From positions 258,306 to 322,305 of the forward strand of contig CAWFCQ010000005.1 in NCBI GenBank assembly GCA_963814375.1: a stretch of 64,000 nucleotides of DNA, in the 5' to 3' direction. Each line of letters begins with the position of its first letter. Position 1 is the stretch's first letter. Origin of the DNA: an uncultured Chloroflexia bacterium. GTDB lineage: Bacteria; Chloroflexota; Limnocylindria; QHBO01. Positions 9,506-24,499 of the stretch are shown here, piece after piece. The translations under genes were made by a program, and so were the position numbers. The notes beneath the pieces were generated by a model, which was not told the DNA's origin, made no database searches, and worked only from the letters and a program-made list of their open reading frames with translations.

Positions 9506-10985
9506 CAGCCCTCTTGGATGCGTCATTTTGTACATGTATGACGCGCTTCGAGAATCTTCGCGGTGGCGACGTGTTTGATCTTGGCCCCGCTCTGCTTCTT
9601 GGGCTTCGGCTTCTTCGGGCCGCGGGGGTGCTTGCGGAACTTCGGCAGGGAAACCGACCGCGCCAAGCGCACCAACACCTCGGCCAACTCCACGGGGGTC
9701 AGGTCGTGAAACACCGACCCATTCGTCTTCGGGGATCGCGATCATCATCCCCCGGTGGGTCATCTGGATCTCGTCGGCCACGTAGTAGCCCGAGACCTCC
9801 TCCGCCACCACCTCCTCGCCATGCACCGACCGCAACGCCGCCTTGAGCGTGCTCAGCACGTTGTACGACACCAACGCCACGCAGAAGGCGAACAGCGCCG
9901 CCTTGGGATAACCCAGGGTGTTGATCTCGCCGTGGAGCGTCGCCTCCAATTCCTGGAACGCGGTCTCGATCGTCCAGCGCCGCCGGTACAGATCGGCGAT
10001 GACCTTGGCACGGGCGTCCTTGGCCGGCACGTTGGTCAGCAGGTGGAGTTCGGTGTCCCCGTCCCGCGTCGGTTGGTCCAGGAGCACCGTGACCCGCCGC
10101 AGGAAGAGGATCTCGCCCGCGTCGTTGGTGGCCCGGATCGTCTGCTCGAAGACCTTGCCGGTCTCGATCCGGCCGCACGCCCGCCGCTTCCCGACGAACT
10201 CCCAGTGGAGCGTCGAGGCGTGCTGTCGGATCACGAAGGACCCGTCCCGCCGCGCGATCCCGAAGAGGAAATCCGTCGTGCAGAAGTTGCGGTCGGCGAT
10301 CCAGAGGTCCTTCGCCGCGACGATCGCCAGGACCTGGTCCAGCAGCGACCGCTCCTGGGCATGACCGTCTTCGCACAGGACCACGTCGGTGGCCAACATC
10401 AGCCGGGGGTCGAGGACGACCAGCGCATGGCCGGGCAAGGCCCCGGCGCCGATCGTCCGCAACTCCTTGAGCCGGTGCTCGGTCCCGGGGAGATGGTTGC
10501 CGTCGAGGATGCGGACGCGATAACCGGGCAGCCAGTCCGCCCGGCCGCCGCCCATCGCGTCGATGACCGGAGCCAACCGCGCGGCCACCGCGTGGACCAG
10601 CGCGGCCGACACGGCGGTCTCGGTGCCGTCGAGCTTGTCGTAGACGGCGTCGATCGTGGCCCCGACCGTCTCGGCCCGCGCCTGAAAGGCGGCGTGGATC
10701 GAGGGCCGGATGCGGCAGACGACCACGCTCATCAGGTCGACGATCGTGGAGAAGAGGAGCTTGTGGGTGAACTGCTTGCTGGGCGACGTCCTCGAAGAGT
10801 TGATCGACGATCCGGGGGTTCAGGGCGTTCTCCATGACCCCTTGAGCCATGACGGACAAGGGGGAATCCTGGGAGAACCGCTCGAAGACGTCGCTGAGGA
10901 TCATCGCTGCCGCCTCCGCGGAGAATCGGTAACTCCGTATCTGGCGACAGCTTAGCAGATTCATGCGGACGACTCCAAAGGGCTG
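9506..10985 (-). mobile_element. IS4-family insertion sequence (~1.48 kb)
   Basis: Terminal IRs CAGCCCTCTTGGATGCGTC / CAGCCCTTTGGAGTCGTC; 11-bp direct repeat ACTCCCGGATC at 9495-9505 and 10986-10996. Confidence 0.92.
9523..10905 (-). CDS. IS4-family DDE transposase (indels ~9715 and ~10780)
   Basis: ILDGN, IADRNF, and the YRRRWTIETAFQELE (YREK-like) signature. Confidence 0.9.
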
Positions 10986-11139
10986 ACTCCCGGATCCTAC
11001 CCGTGTTCCTGCTCCGCCAGGCCCTCGCGGACGGGCGGGGATGCTTGTCCCACTCCAGAATACGCCGCCAGAGGCCGGGCCGTCGGTGTCGAGCCGCCTC
11101 CTTGTAGACGTCCGCGTCGACTCCCCGAGCCGGTCGTCC

Positions 11140-11300
11140 GGGACCTCGAAGACGCGGCACGGATCGGCTCGGCGACCCCTCCATGATACGCCCGGGCGAT
11201 CGCTTCCGCGATGCAGGCGATCGTGTCGCCGTCGACGCCGATCGAGACGGCCTCGCGGACCTCGTCCTGAAGCCGTCGGACTCGAGGAAGGCGGAAGTCC
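11140..11300 (-). pseudogene. ADP-ribosylglycohydrolase C-terminal remnant
   Basis: Manual translation AFLESDGF/DEVREAVSIGVDGDTIACIAEAIARAYHGGVAEPI resembles the ARH/DraG GGDSDT motif region. Confidence 0.55.
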
Positions 11301-11393
11301 GGCGACGTGATGCTTGTCCGGGGCGTGCCTTGATTTTACGATGGAGGGATCGCGCGTTCCCGGGGCGTGATCGAACACGAGGAAGGGGGCATC

Positions 11394-12616
11394 ATGAGTC
11401 AGGGACGAATGGGGTGGACCAGGCCTTGGCTGATGACGGTGGCGGTGGCCCTGGCGACGGCGACCGTGGGGGCGTCGCTGGCGCAGGACGCCGCGCCCGG
11501 CGGCCGGGGCAAGGCGGCGAGCAAGGCGCGCCGGGGCAAGGCGGCCAAGACGGCAAGGCGACAAGGCGAACAAGAAGGGGCGGCCGGTCGCGGTCGACCC
11601 GCTCGCCAAGGCGGTCGCAGAACCCGCTCGCCAAGGCCGCGCCGCCGGGGACGTTCCATTACAAGTTCAAGATGAACGTCCCGGGCGAGACCACGCTGGC
11701 CGCGACCTACTACCCGGCCAAGCTCGGGCACGACCGCCCCGGTCGTCCTGCTGATCCACGAGAAGGATCGCTCGGGCAAGGACTTCGAGGAGCCGATCGG
11801 CGAGCTGAAGGGGCAAGGGCTGGCCGAGCACTTGCAGGGCGCCGGGTTCGCCGTCCTGTTCATCGACCTCCGCGGCCACGGCGCCAACCCGCGCCGGACG
11901 CTCTCGGCGAAGGACTGGCGGGCGATGACGGTCGACTTGCAGGCGGCGTATCTCTTCCTGCTCGACCGGCACAATCGCGGCGAGCTGAACCTCAACAAGC
12001 TGGGCGTGGTGGCCGTCGGCGAGGGGGCGAACCTGGCCGCGGCCTGGGCCGCCACGCCGGGCGCCGCGGTCTCCACCCAGGGGCGTAACAGCGACCTCGC
12101 CGCCCTGGTCCTGGTCTCGCCCACGGCGATCGAGGGGCGCGAGGGCCTCGAATCGGTCCTGACCACGCTCGCCCCCCGCGTCCCCCTGCTGCTGATGGTC
12201 GGCGAGCGCGACACCGACTCCAACGCCTCGGTCAAGGCCGTCCGCCCCTTCGTCGAACGCACGAAGACCAACAAGATCGAGCTCGTTCCCCTCCTCGCTC
12301 CACGGCTACAAGCTGCTGTGGCTCGAGCCCAAGGTCTCCTCGGTCCTCACCCGCTTCCTGGACTCGACGCTCAAGTCCAGGGCCGACGAGTGGGAGCCCC
12401 GCTACAACCTGAACCCGGTCGCCTTCACCGACATCCAGGTCGTGCGCAACACCAAGTCCGCCACCCCCGCCAAGGCCAAGGACCTCGCCGACGCCAAGGC
12501 CAAGGCCAAGGACGCCCCCGCCAAGGCCAAGGATGCACCGCCCGCGAAGGCCAAGGACGCACCACCCGGCCGAGGCCAAGGACGCACCACCCGCCAAGAA
12601 GGATGCACCCCGGTAG
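11394..12616 (+). CDS. exported alpha/beta-hydrolase-fold protein with Lys/Ala/Pro-rich tail (frameshifted)
   Basis: Signal peptide (..GASLA-QD), VVLLIHE, IDLRGHG, ALVLVSP, GERD, SLHG; several indels. Confidence 0.75.
12465..12612 (+). repeat. coding tandem repeat (AKAKDAPP-like, ~21-24 bp unit)
   Basis: Repeated gccaaggccaaggacgc(a/c)cc units. Confidence 0.8.
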
Positions 12617-12808
12617 GGCCATCCCGGGACGGCACGAGGGAGCTCTCGACGCAGCCCACCCGATCGCGGAGGACGAGCGGCTGCCGTCGAGAACTCGCTC
12701 GCCCTCCCCTTCCCTTCGCGTCCCTCGCGCCCTAGGATGATCTATGACAACTGTCGTTTGGTCTCTCGGCCGCGTCACCGTCTCTCCCTTCGCGTGGAGG
12801 CGATTCTC

Positions 12809-13390
12809 ATGGAGTTTCTCTCGGAGGACCCCACGTACCTGGCCTCTCCGGGCTGGGGGTGGTGGCGGTGGCGTCGCTGATCGCGCTCCGGGTCACGCAG
12901 CGGGGCAAGTTCTTGCTCGCGGCGGGGGTCGCCCTGGCGCTGGCCTTGGTGGTGTTCGTCGTCGAACGGGCCTGGGTGACCCAGGGCGAGCGGATCGCCC
13001 ATGGTGGTCGAGGACCTGAGGCGGGCGGTCGAGGCCTCCGACGTCGAGGGGGTGACCCGGCACCTGACCCCGGACGTCGAGTTCGTGCAGGGGGATCGCA
13101 CCGTGGGGAGCGCGCTGACGCTGGCCTTCATCCGGTCGACCCTGGAGCACGCCGGGCTCGACTTCGTGCGGGTCAGCGGCCTGACGACGGCCGCCTTCCC
13201 GCAATCGCGCCGGGGCACCGCCGAGTTCCGGGTGATGGCCAAGGGGAGCCTGAAGACGCCGGTGGGGTCGGCGACCATCGGCTCGGCCGGCTCGGAATGG
13301 TCGCTCGGCTTCCAGGAGACCAGCCCGGATGTCTGGAAGGTCAACCGGATCACCCCGATCCGCGTCCCCCGGGGGATGATGACGCCTTGA
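12809..13390 (+). CDS. membrane protein with C-terminal NTF2/SnoaL-like domain (frameshifted)
   Basis: GGAGG RBS; two TM helices, then VEDLRRAVEASDVEGVTRHL...WKVNRI. Confidence 0.6.
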
Positions 13391-13457
13391 GGGCGGCTCG
13401 GGCGGATCCCGGGAGCGGGCCGGAGCGGGCGAGCCCGTCCGCTCCGCCCGGCGCCCA

Positions 13458-13946
13458 TCACTTCCGGTCCGGGTACTCGAGGATGACGAGCTTGTGTTCC
13501 TTCTCGTCGTAGCCGTATTCCTGGTAATGGGGGAGCGTGGGGAGGCGGATGTCGTTGGCCTTGACGATCTCGTCCATGAACTCCTGGAGGTCCTTGGGAT
13601 AGCGGTCGTTCTCGGCCTGGTAGAGCTTCATCGCGTGCTCGATCTGGAGGATCGAGGTCTTGCCGATCATGGTGACGTAGGCGTTGCCCGTGAGCAGGAT
13701 CGGGTCCTTGGCGACGATCTTGGTGCTCGCGACCTTCGCCCCCTCCTCCTTGATCTCGGGGTCGGCCGCGCGGATGTCTTGCGTGGTCTTGCCGATGACG
13801 TCGCGGGGCCTGGAGGGTGCCGGCGGCTCGGGGGGCGCGGCCGCCTCCTGGCGCTTCTTGCCGGGGTAGCGCGGTTCTTCGCAGCCGATGGCCACGAGCA
13901 GGAGGGGCAACACGGCCCGCACCAGGCGCCGTGAGACGAGGGACAT
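13458..13946 (-). CDS. hypothetical lipoprotein
   Basis: AAGGAG RBS; lipobox-like LVAIGC; [16 protein letters not shown] segment resembling a pseudopilin helix. Confidence 0.7.
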   Translation of the reverse strand: MSLVSRRLVRAVLPLLLVAIGCEEPRYPGKKRQEAAAPPEPPAPSRPRDVIGKTTQDIRAADPEIKEEGAKVASTKIVAKDPILLTGNAYVTMIGKTSILQIEHAMKLYQAENDRYPKDLQEFMDEIVKANDIRLPTLPHYQEYGYDEKEHKLVILEYPDRK

Positions 13947-13978
13947 GGGGTCGCTCCTTTCGTCGCCTTCACCGCGGG

Positions 13979-14741
13979 TCAGCCCTTCCAGTTCCACTGG
14001 CCGATCTCGGGGATCAGGTCGTAGCGGGTCAGGTCGAAGTGGAGCGGGGTGACGGTGATATAGCCCTCGCAGAGGCTGGTGACGTCGGTCTCGGGGCCTT
14101 CGAGGTGATACGGGGGGCTGTACGTCATCCAGTAATAGGTCCGGCCGCGCGGGTCGCTCCGGCGCTCGAAGCCCTCGCCGTAGCGGCCGACGCCCATCGG
14201 CACGACGCGGATGCCCTTGGGCTCGCCCCGCGAGTGCGCCGGCAGGTTGACGTTGAAGAGCGACCCGGCCGCGCGGCTTGTTCGCCAGGATGCGCTCGAT
14301 GACCCGCGTGGCGTGCTTGGCGGCGTGCGGGTAGTCGAAGTGCTCGGCCAGCTCGAGCGAGACGGCCACGCTGGTGATCTTGAAGAAGGCCCCCTCGATC
14401 GCCGCGGCCACCGTGCCCGAGTACAGCACGTTGATCCCCGCGTTGGAGCCGGCGTTGATCCCCGAGACGATCAGGTCGGGGGGCCTGGGCAGCAGCTCGC
14501 AGATGGCCAGCTTGACGCTGTCGGCCGGGCTCCCCTCGACCATCCAGCCCAGGGTCGAGCCGTCGTCCTCGTCGACCTGCTTGACGACCAGCGGGGTCAG
14601 CAGCGTGATCGAGTGCCCGACGCCGCTCTGCTCCAGCGCCGGCGCGATGACGGTCACCTCCCCCAGCCGCTGCAACTCCTTGCGCAGGGCCCGCAGGCCG
14701 GGGGCGAAGACGCCATCGTCGTTGGTCAGCAGGATCTGCAC
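13979..14741 (-). CDS. surE: 5'/3'-nucleotidase SurE (indel ~14270)
   Basis: [52 protein letters not shown]. Confidence 0.95.
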
Positions 14742-14816
14742 GTGTCGAGCACCCGAGACGCGACCGCGCCGGGCCAGGTCCAGTCGAGCCGACCGCGGCG
14801 CCGGCGGCCGGAGCCG

Positions 14817-14846
14817 ATCGTAACGGGCCGGGACACGCGCCGTCAA
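14817..14846 (-). promoter_or_regulatory. sigma70-type promoter upstream of surE
   Basis: TTGACG-18 nt-TACGAT. Confidence 0.55.
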
Positions 14847-14969
14847 CCACCGCCCCCGGCGGATGGCGTCCGGGCCGCTCCGTATCTATTTGTACAAAGA
14901 GCGCAGTTTGACGGGAGCCGAGTGGGTGTTCGGACCCCGGCCCGTTGAGAGTTGGGGTTGGAGCGGGAA

Positions 14970-16148
14970 TCATCGACGGCCGCTCGCCGATCACCAGGAG
15001 CGTGATCTCGGGGGGGCAGAGGAAGCGGAGCCGAGGCGCCTGGCCGCGTTCGCATCCCACGCCGCGGCTCACGTAGATGCGGTTCCCCCCGAGGACGTGC
15101 AGCCCCCCCGCGGCGACGGCGCGGGGGACCTCGCTCAGGGTCATCGGGGGGCCGAACCAGGGGACGACCACCTGGCCTCCGTGGGTGTGGCCCGCGACCG
15201 TCAGGTCGATCCGCGACCCCGGCCGCAGGCCCAGGACGACGTCGGGCCGGTGGGCGACGAGGATGCGGATGTCCCCATCGCCGGGCGACTCGTCGAGCCG
15301 CTCGACCGCCTCGCGGGCGGCCCGGCTGGCGTAGGCCAGCTCCACGCCGACGATGGACAGGCGACGGTCGCCGACGCTCACCCGGACGACCCCGTTGACG
15401 AGCGGCTCGACCCGGGTCCCCTCGATCATCCGACGGACCCGGTCCGTACGTGATCGACGTCTCCCATGGCGAAATAGACCCCGCCGGGGGCCGACAGCCT
15501 CGACAGCAGACCGGCGCAGGGCGGGCAGCTCGCGCTCGAACTCGTCGTCGGAGCCCTGGAAGAGGTCGCCCGGCAGCAGGATCACGTCCGCCCGGAGGGC
15601 CATCAAGCGGTCGATCGCCCCGCGTTCGTAGTCGGTCACGCGACTCGTCTGGAGGTCGGCGAGCACGCCGATCCGGACCGCGCCGCGGCCGTCCCGCGCC
15701 GCCGCGACGGGGACGCTCGATCGCTCACACCGCAGTCGGAACGGCTCCCAGGACGTGGCATAGAACCCGACGGCGAAGAGGCCCAGGCTGGCCACGGCCG
15801 CGACGCGGACGGGGGGCGAGAGCCACGGCCTGGAATCTCGAGCGGGGGCGAGCCGCGCGGCGACCAGCAGCGACAGGCCGACGGCGGGGATCAGGCCGAC
15901 GAGGTCGACGTAGACGAGGTGCATCAGCCCGAACCGATGGACGCCCGCGGCGGCCAGGAGCGGCAGCTTGGCGGCGAAGAAGAGCGCGGTCGCCGCCGCG
16001 ACGAAGCACGACCCGTCGCATCCGGATCCGCGCCCCCGAGGCCGTCGGGCCGCGATCGCGCGGAGGATACGCCAGGAGGGCCCCCGCGACGAGGGCATCG
16101 GAGAGCGTCGAGCCGATCAGGACCCAGGCGAAGGGGAGGAGGGGGCAT
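14970..16148 (-). CDS. membrane-anchored metallophosphoesterase (YkuE-like), frameshifted; ends approximate
   Basis: [35 protein letters not shown]; N-terminal TM helices. Confidence 0.8.
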
Positions 16149-16198
16149 CTGCCGAGTGCTCCGGGCCTCCGGCGACGGGCCGACGCCCTCGGTCCGGA

Positions 16199-19100
16199 TC
16201 AGGACAGGAGGAATTCCAGGTCGTCGCGGGTCAGGTTCTGGATCAGGCTGTTGTCGGCGTTGAGGATGGCGTCGGCCAGGTCGCGCTTGCTGCTGCTGGA
16301 GCTCGAGGATCTTCTCCTCGACCGTGTCGCGGCAGATCAGGCGGTAGGCGAAGACGTGCTGCGTCTGGCCGATGCGGTGCGCGCGGTCGATGGCCTGGGC
16401 CTCGACGGCGGGGTTCCACCAGGGGTCGAGCAGGAAGACGTACTCGGCGGCCGTCAGGTTCAGGCCGAGGCCGCCGGCCTTCAGGCTGATCAGGAAGAGC
16501 GGGCAGTCGGGGTCGTTCTGGAACCGCTCGACCCGCTCGGCGCGGTTGCGGGTCCGGCCGTCGAGGTATTCGTAGGTGAGCCCCTCGGCGTCGAGCCGGT
16601 CGCGGACGATCGCCAGGAAGCTGGTGAACTGCGAGAAGACCAGGACCTTGTGCCCCTCCTCGACGACCTCGGCCAGCTGCGGCAGGAGCATGTCGAGCTT
16701 GGCGCTGGGCTCGCCGACGCGGCTCGGGTCGATCAGGCCGGGGTGGCAGGCCGCCTGGCGCAGCCGCAGCAGCGCCTCGAGGACCTGGATCTTCGAGCGG
16801 TTCAGCTCGGCGGCGTCCTTGCGCGAGCAGCGCCTGGCGGTAGTGGTCGCGCAGCTCGTCGTAGAGCTTGCGCTGCGCCGGCTCCAGCTCGCAGTAGAGG
16901 GTCTGCTCGGTCTTCTCGGGCAGGTCCTTGGCGACCTGCTCCTTGGTCCGGCGGAGGATGAACGGCCGCAGCGGCCTTGGCCAGCAGCGTCGCGGGCCTC
17001 GTCGTCCGGCCGCCGAGCGCCGCCGGCGTGCCGCTTGAAGACCGAGGCCGGCGCCGAGCATGCCGGGGTTGAGGAACTCGAAGAGGGACCAGAGCTCGCC
17101 CAGGTGGTTCTCGATCGGCGTGCCGCTCAGCGCCAGGCGGTGCCGGCCCCGGAGCAGCCGGGCCGCCTTGGCCGCCTGGCTGTCGGCGTTCTTGATCGCC
17201 TGCGCCTCGTCGAGGATCACGTAGTCGAACTCGAACTCGGCTCAGCTCGACGATGTCGCTGCGCAGCGTGCCGTAGGTCGTGAGGATCGAGGTCGTAGTC
17301 GTCGAAGTCGTCGCGCAGGGCGTGGCGGTCCGGGCCGGTGTAGTCGAGCACGCGCGAGCCGCGGGCGTGAACCGCGCGGCCTCCTGGTTCCAGTTGAAGA
17401 CGAGCGAGCGCGGCACGACGACCAGCGACGGGCCCCTTGGCCTGCCGTCGCGCGCGGCGGCGCTGCAGCAGGGCCAGCACCTGGACCGTCTTGCCCAGGC
17501 CCATGTCGTCGGCCAGGCAGCCGCCGAAGCCGAACTTCTGGAGGAAGTCGAGCCAGCCCAGGCCCTCGCGCTGGTAGGGCCGCGAGCTCGCCGTGGAAGC
17601 CCGGCGGGCGCGTCGAGCGGCTCGACCCCCTCGAAGCGCGTGGAGCCGCTCGCGGACCTTGGTCGAACGCCGCGTCGACAGCGGACCTCGGGCTGCGCCG
17701 CCAGCAGGGCGTCGAGCAGGCCGGCCTGCGTCGCTGCCGAACCGGAGGTCGCCGTCCTCGGCGCGTGCCCAGCTCGGCCAGGATCCCGTACTTCTTGAGC
17801 CAGTCCTCGGGGAGCATCCCCATCGAGCCGTCGCCCAGGGCGACCATCGTCTCGCCCCGGCGCGGCGGCGGCCAGCAGGTCGGGCAGGCGGACGCTCCTG
17901 GCCGCCGAAGTCGACGCCGGCCGCCGAGCTCGAACCAGTCGATGCCGCGTGGTCACGGCGAGCTTGAACTCGCCGGCCGGGCGGATCAGCTTCCCCTCGG
18001 CCTCGACCCGCCAGCCGGCCCGACCAGGTCGCGCGGTCACCTGCGCCATCCGCTTCGGCGGGCAGCTCCAGCGTCCCCGGCTCGACGCGGAGGTCCTTCG
18101 CCTCGCGGAAGCCCAGCTCGAAGAGCAGGACGTCGGCCGCGGCCTCGGCCGCCGGCGTCGCGGCGGATGACCAGGCCGCAGCTCGGTCGAGACCGCCAGG
18201 CGGCCGTGGTCCGGCCCGCCGGGACGCAGCGCGCCGTCGTAGTCGAACTCGAGCTCGGCCAGGAGCCGGTCGGAGCCGGGCCCCAGTTCTGCCGCGGGGT
18301 CCGCAGGGTCAGGCAGGGCCGCGGCGCGGCGTCGATCTCCTCGAGCTTGAGCGTCTCGACCAGCTCCGACGGCGGCGACGCGGGCCTCGGCCAGGATCCG
18401 GCCGAGCATGATGTCCTGCTGCGGGTCGGCGAAGACGATCTCCTTCTCGTGGCGGAGCCGGACGATCCAGGGCATCACCCCGGCGTCGTCGAACCGGGCG
18501 GCGCGGCCGACCCCCTGGATCAGCAGGCCGGGGACCAGGACCAGCGGCTCGGCCAGGTCCATCCGCGCCTCGCCCGCGGCGGAGCGAGCCGCGCCAGGCC
18601 CAGCGCTTGCCGCCGGGCTCGGGGCGGACGTCGAGCGCGAACCGCCAGGGCGGGCCGTCGTCCCAGCGGACCGTCGGCGGGTCCTCCTCGCCCTCGGTCC
18701 GGCGGAGCCGGAGCCGGCCGGTCCGCGCCGAGCCGCTCGACGACCGCCGCCTGCTCGTGCCGGAGCACGAACCGCCGCGTCCCCATCGCCTCGCCGCCAT
18801 GCCGACCGCCCCCGAGCCGTTGACGTGGACGTTGACGTTGACCGCCGCCGCGGCGGGCGCCGCCGAGGCCGGCGGCGGCGGGCGATCGCCCTGGCCTCCT
18901 CGAGCAGCGCCAGGAGGTCGCGGTCCTCGGGGTCGTACCGGGCCAGCAACGGCGGCGGGCGCGTGCCACCAGGGCTTCAAGGGCCCCCAGTCGCCCCCGG
19001 GCCGGCGCTGGCGGCGGGCCAGGTCGATGACCACCTGGTTCTGGTCGAGCGTCGCCGGGACGTCGAGCACGTAGACCAGCAGGCGCTTCGCGTTCCGGGC

Positions 19101-19697
19101 CGCCGGCTTGGCCCGGGCCGGGTCGCGCCCCGCATGCGGCTGGGGCCTCCCCGGCGTCCGGCCCGGGGCCGGCCGATCCTTGGGGCGAGGCCGCGCCGAT
19201 CGCGGCGGCGCCGGGCCGTGCGGCAGGGACGCTGGCGGGGCCGCGGGCCGGCGGCCGTGGGCCGCGCGACGCGGCCGCGCGGGCCGATGGCCGGGCCGGG
19301 CCGGGCGCCGGGCAGGCCGGGATGGGCGGCCGGGGCCCCGGCGCCGGCTGCGCCGGCCCCGCGTGCGGCACGGCGCGGCGGGTCGCTGACCAGCTTCAGG
19401 GGGCGGACCGGGGCCGCCTGCAGCAGCCTCCGCGCGTCGGCCGCCAGGACCGTCGCCCAGAGGTGCTTGCACGGGTCGCCGAACGGCCCGAAGTACGGGC
19501 ACGAGCACGACGCGTGGAGCCTCCCCCCGCGCAGCCGGAGCCGGACCCGGTACTTGGCCGTCCCCCGGACCTCGCGCGACGACCTCGCCGGCCGAGGCCG
19601 AGGTGATCGCGACCCGCCCCTTGGCGAAGTACGACTGGCCCCGCGAGCGGACCGCGTCGCTGAAATCCCGCGAGACTTTCTGGGCGATCCCCATCAT
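16199..19697 (-). CDS. SWIM zinc-finger + SNF2 family helicase (many indels)
   Basis: SCSCPY...CKHLW SWIM motif; [51 protein letters not shown]. Confidence 0.9.
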
Positions 19698-19984
19698 CCC
19701 TTCCCACTCGGTCGGGCCTCATCCCACCGTCATCCGCATCCGCGATCCGCGCATGCCCGCCGCCACGCGATCGCGGATGCCCGCGCAACCCACCGGCCAC
19801 CTCGGCTCGCCTTGCCGAGAGGCCCCGGCCGATCCTGGAGGCCCCGCGTCGGGCCTGCGTGCCTCCGACTCCGCATCGCCGAACTCGAGGCACAGCAGAG
19901 CAAGGCGGGGAGCGCCGGTGCCACCGGTCGCCGGAGCGGGCCCGCCCGGTCCGACGGGCCCCACTCCCGCACGCGCGCCGGCGC

Positions 19985-22534
<2,550 letters not shown>

Positions 22535-22660
22535 CGCGGGATCACCTCGGCTGTTCCAGAGAATGGGGCGGGACCTCGGCCCGGCCCGCCGGTCCGGTCC
22601 CCTTCGCATTGTCGCGCCCTCCCGTCGCGGGCGCCTCGCGCCTCCGCCGTCAGACGCGCG

Positions 22661-23044
22661 TCACGACCGGTCGCGGGGCCGGCGGCGGGCCTTCGCATCG
22701 TCCGTCGGCGCGGCCGACGAGGCGGGGGGGTCGATCGGGCCGACGCGGAACCGGATGTCGTGAATGGACGTCCCCGACGCGTCGCGCCGGAGCGCGGCCA
22801 GGAGTGCGGGTTTGCGGTACGCGGCCAGCTCTTCCAGGAGCGTCGAGTGGGCCACCGTCACGTTCAGGACCCCGCGGCGGACCTCGCCGACCCGGGTCTG
22901 GTGGCACTGGGGTTCGCCGACCGCCGCGTTCCAGGCGTCCTCGAGTTCTTTCAGGCCTCGGAGCCGGCCGTAACCCCTGGTGGCGAACAACTCGCCCAGG
23001 ATGTCGGACAGCGGCCTCGCTCCGCGGCGTTCCGGGCTCGACAT
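22661..23044 (-). CDS. DUF721/DciA-family helicase loader
   Basis: AWNAAVGE...GVLNVTVAHSTLLEEL; typical location between dnaN and gyrB. Confidence 0.8.
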   Translation of the reverse strand: MSSPERRGARPLSDILGELFATRGYGRLRGLKELEDAWNAAVGEPQCHQTRVGEVRRGVLNVTVAHSTLLEELAAYRKPALLAALRRDASGTSIHDIRFRVGPIDPPASSAAPTDDAKARRRPRDRS

Positions 23045-23112
23045 GCTGAACGTCCCGCGCCCGAAGGCCGGGCCCTCCGTTCCGCCGCGCCCACGGGGAT
23101 GAACGCGCTTCC

Positions 23113-23141
23113 ATTATAACCGAGGGTCCCGCGCATCGCAA
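23113..23141 (-). promoter_or_regulatory. sigma70 promoter for dciA-gyrB
   Basis: TTGCGA-17 nt-TATAAT. Confidence 0.7.
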
Positions 23142-23238
23142 CGGGCCGTCGACGCGTTGCCACAAAACACCACTCGCTCGCCGGACGATCGGAACCGGCC
23201 GGTCCGGGGGCCCGGCCTCCGCCGAGGACCTCGCTCGA

Positions 23239-24359
23239 CTAGCGGTCGCGGGTCAGGGGCATGACCACGTACGTGTAGCCGTCGTCGGTCTTGAAGACGG
23301 CGGCGTTCTTGTGGTCGATCAGCTCGGCGGTGATGGACGCCTGCTCGTCGAGCGTCCGGAGGGCGTCGGTCAGGTAGCGGGGGTCGAAGGTGATCTCGAT
23401 CGTCCTTGCCCTCGTAGGCGATCGGCAGCTCGACGTGCGACCGCCCGACGTCGGCCGCCTGGCTGGAGAGCCTCAGCAGGCCGTCGGAGAACCGGAAGTC
23501 GACCCCCCGGCTCTCCTCGCTCGTGACGATCGAGGCCTGCTCGACGACCAGGCGGAGCGGGCCGACCTCCATCGGGATCTTGACCTCGACGCTGCTGGGG
23601 AAGACGTCCTGATAGCGCGGGAAGCGGCCCTCGACCAGGCGGCTGTAGATGATCGCCCGCTCGGTCCGGACGAGCACGGCGGTCCCCGACTGGATGGCCA
23701 GGTGCACCGGCGGGTCGTCGTCGTCGAGGTTGCGTTCGATCAGCTTCAGGGCCTTGACCGGGACGACCGGGCTCCCGGTCGGGGCGACCGCGCCGTTCTC
23801 GGCCTCGGCCGGCGCCGACATCCGCGCCAGGCGACGGCCGTCGGTGCCGACCATCGTGATCGAGTCGTCCGAGAGCTCGACCAGGACCCCGCCGAGCGCG
23901 TACCGCGTGCTCTCGACGTCGGTGGCGAACATCGTCCGGCGGATCAGCCTCTTCAGGTCGGCCGCCGCCACCGACGTGGTAGCTGGACGCCGCGAAGTCG
24001 GGGACCTCGGGGAAGAGGCTCGGGTCGTCGCTCGGCAGCGTGAACTCGGCGTGCAGCCCGCGCACGATCAGGCTGTCGCCGTCGGTCTCGATGGCCAGCT
24101 CCTCGTCGGTGCTCGTCCGCAAGATCGACCCCATCCGCGAGGTCGGCAGGATGGCCGAGCCCGGCTGGTCCACCTTCACGCCGAGCACCCGGTAGCGGAC
24201 CCCCACCTCGAGGTCGGTGGCCATGACGATCGACCCCTCGTCCGGGTCGGCCACCAGCTTGATGTTCTGCAGGATCGGCTTGGGGCTCCGGGAGGGGACC
24301 ACCCCGCCGACCATCCCGAACGCGGCGAGCAGTCCTTCGCGGTTGCACAAGGCCTTCAT
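23239..24359 (-). CDS. dnaN: DNA polymerase III beta clamp (indels ~23400, ~23975)
   Basis: PILQNI, ATDLEV, GTDGRRL, RLVEGRFP, YVVMPL. Confidence 0.95.
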
Positions 24360-24499
24360 GCGTCTTCCCCGCGTGAAACCTGATTGACGTCGCACCCCCT
24401 CAGGGCGTCCGCGCCCTCTTCTCTGGGGTTGCATCGTCTTCTATACGGTTCGAAGAGAGTAATTTCACCGTCGTCTTCTTCGAAGCGCGACCCCACCGC

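Noticed and set aside
9044-10732. Apparent transposase-response regulator fusion (562-aa ORF)
   Set aside because: A single indel near 9715 lets the transposase read through the IS end into the flanking remnant. The true transposase C-terminus is the 9523-9714 frame.
13458-14846. SurE-lipoprotein fusion (462-aa ORF)
   Set aside because: An indel near 14270 shifts surE into the frame of the next gene. Both genes have their own stop or RBS.
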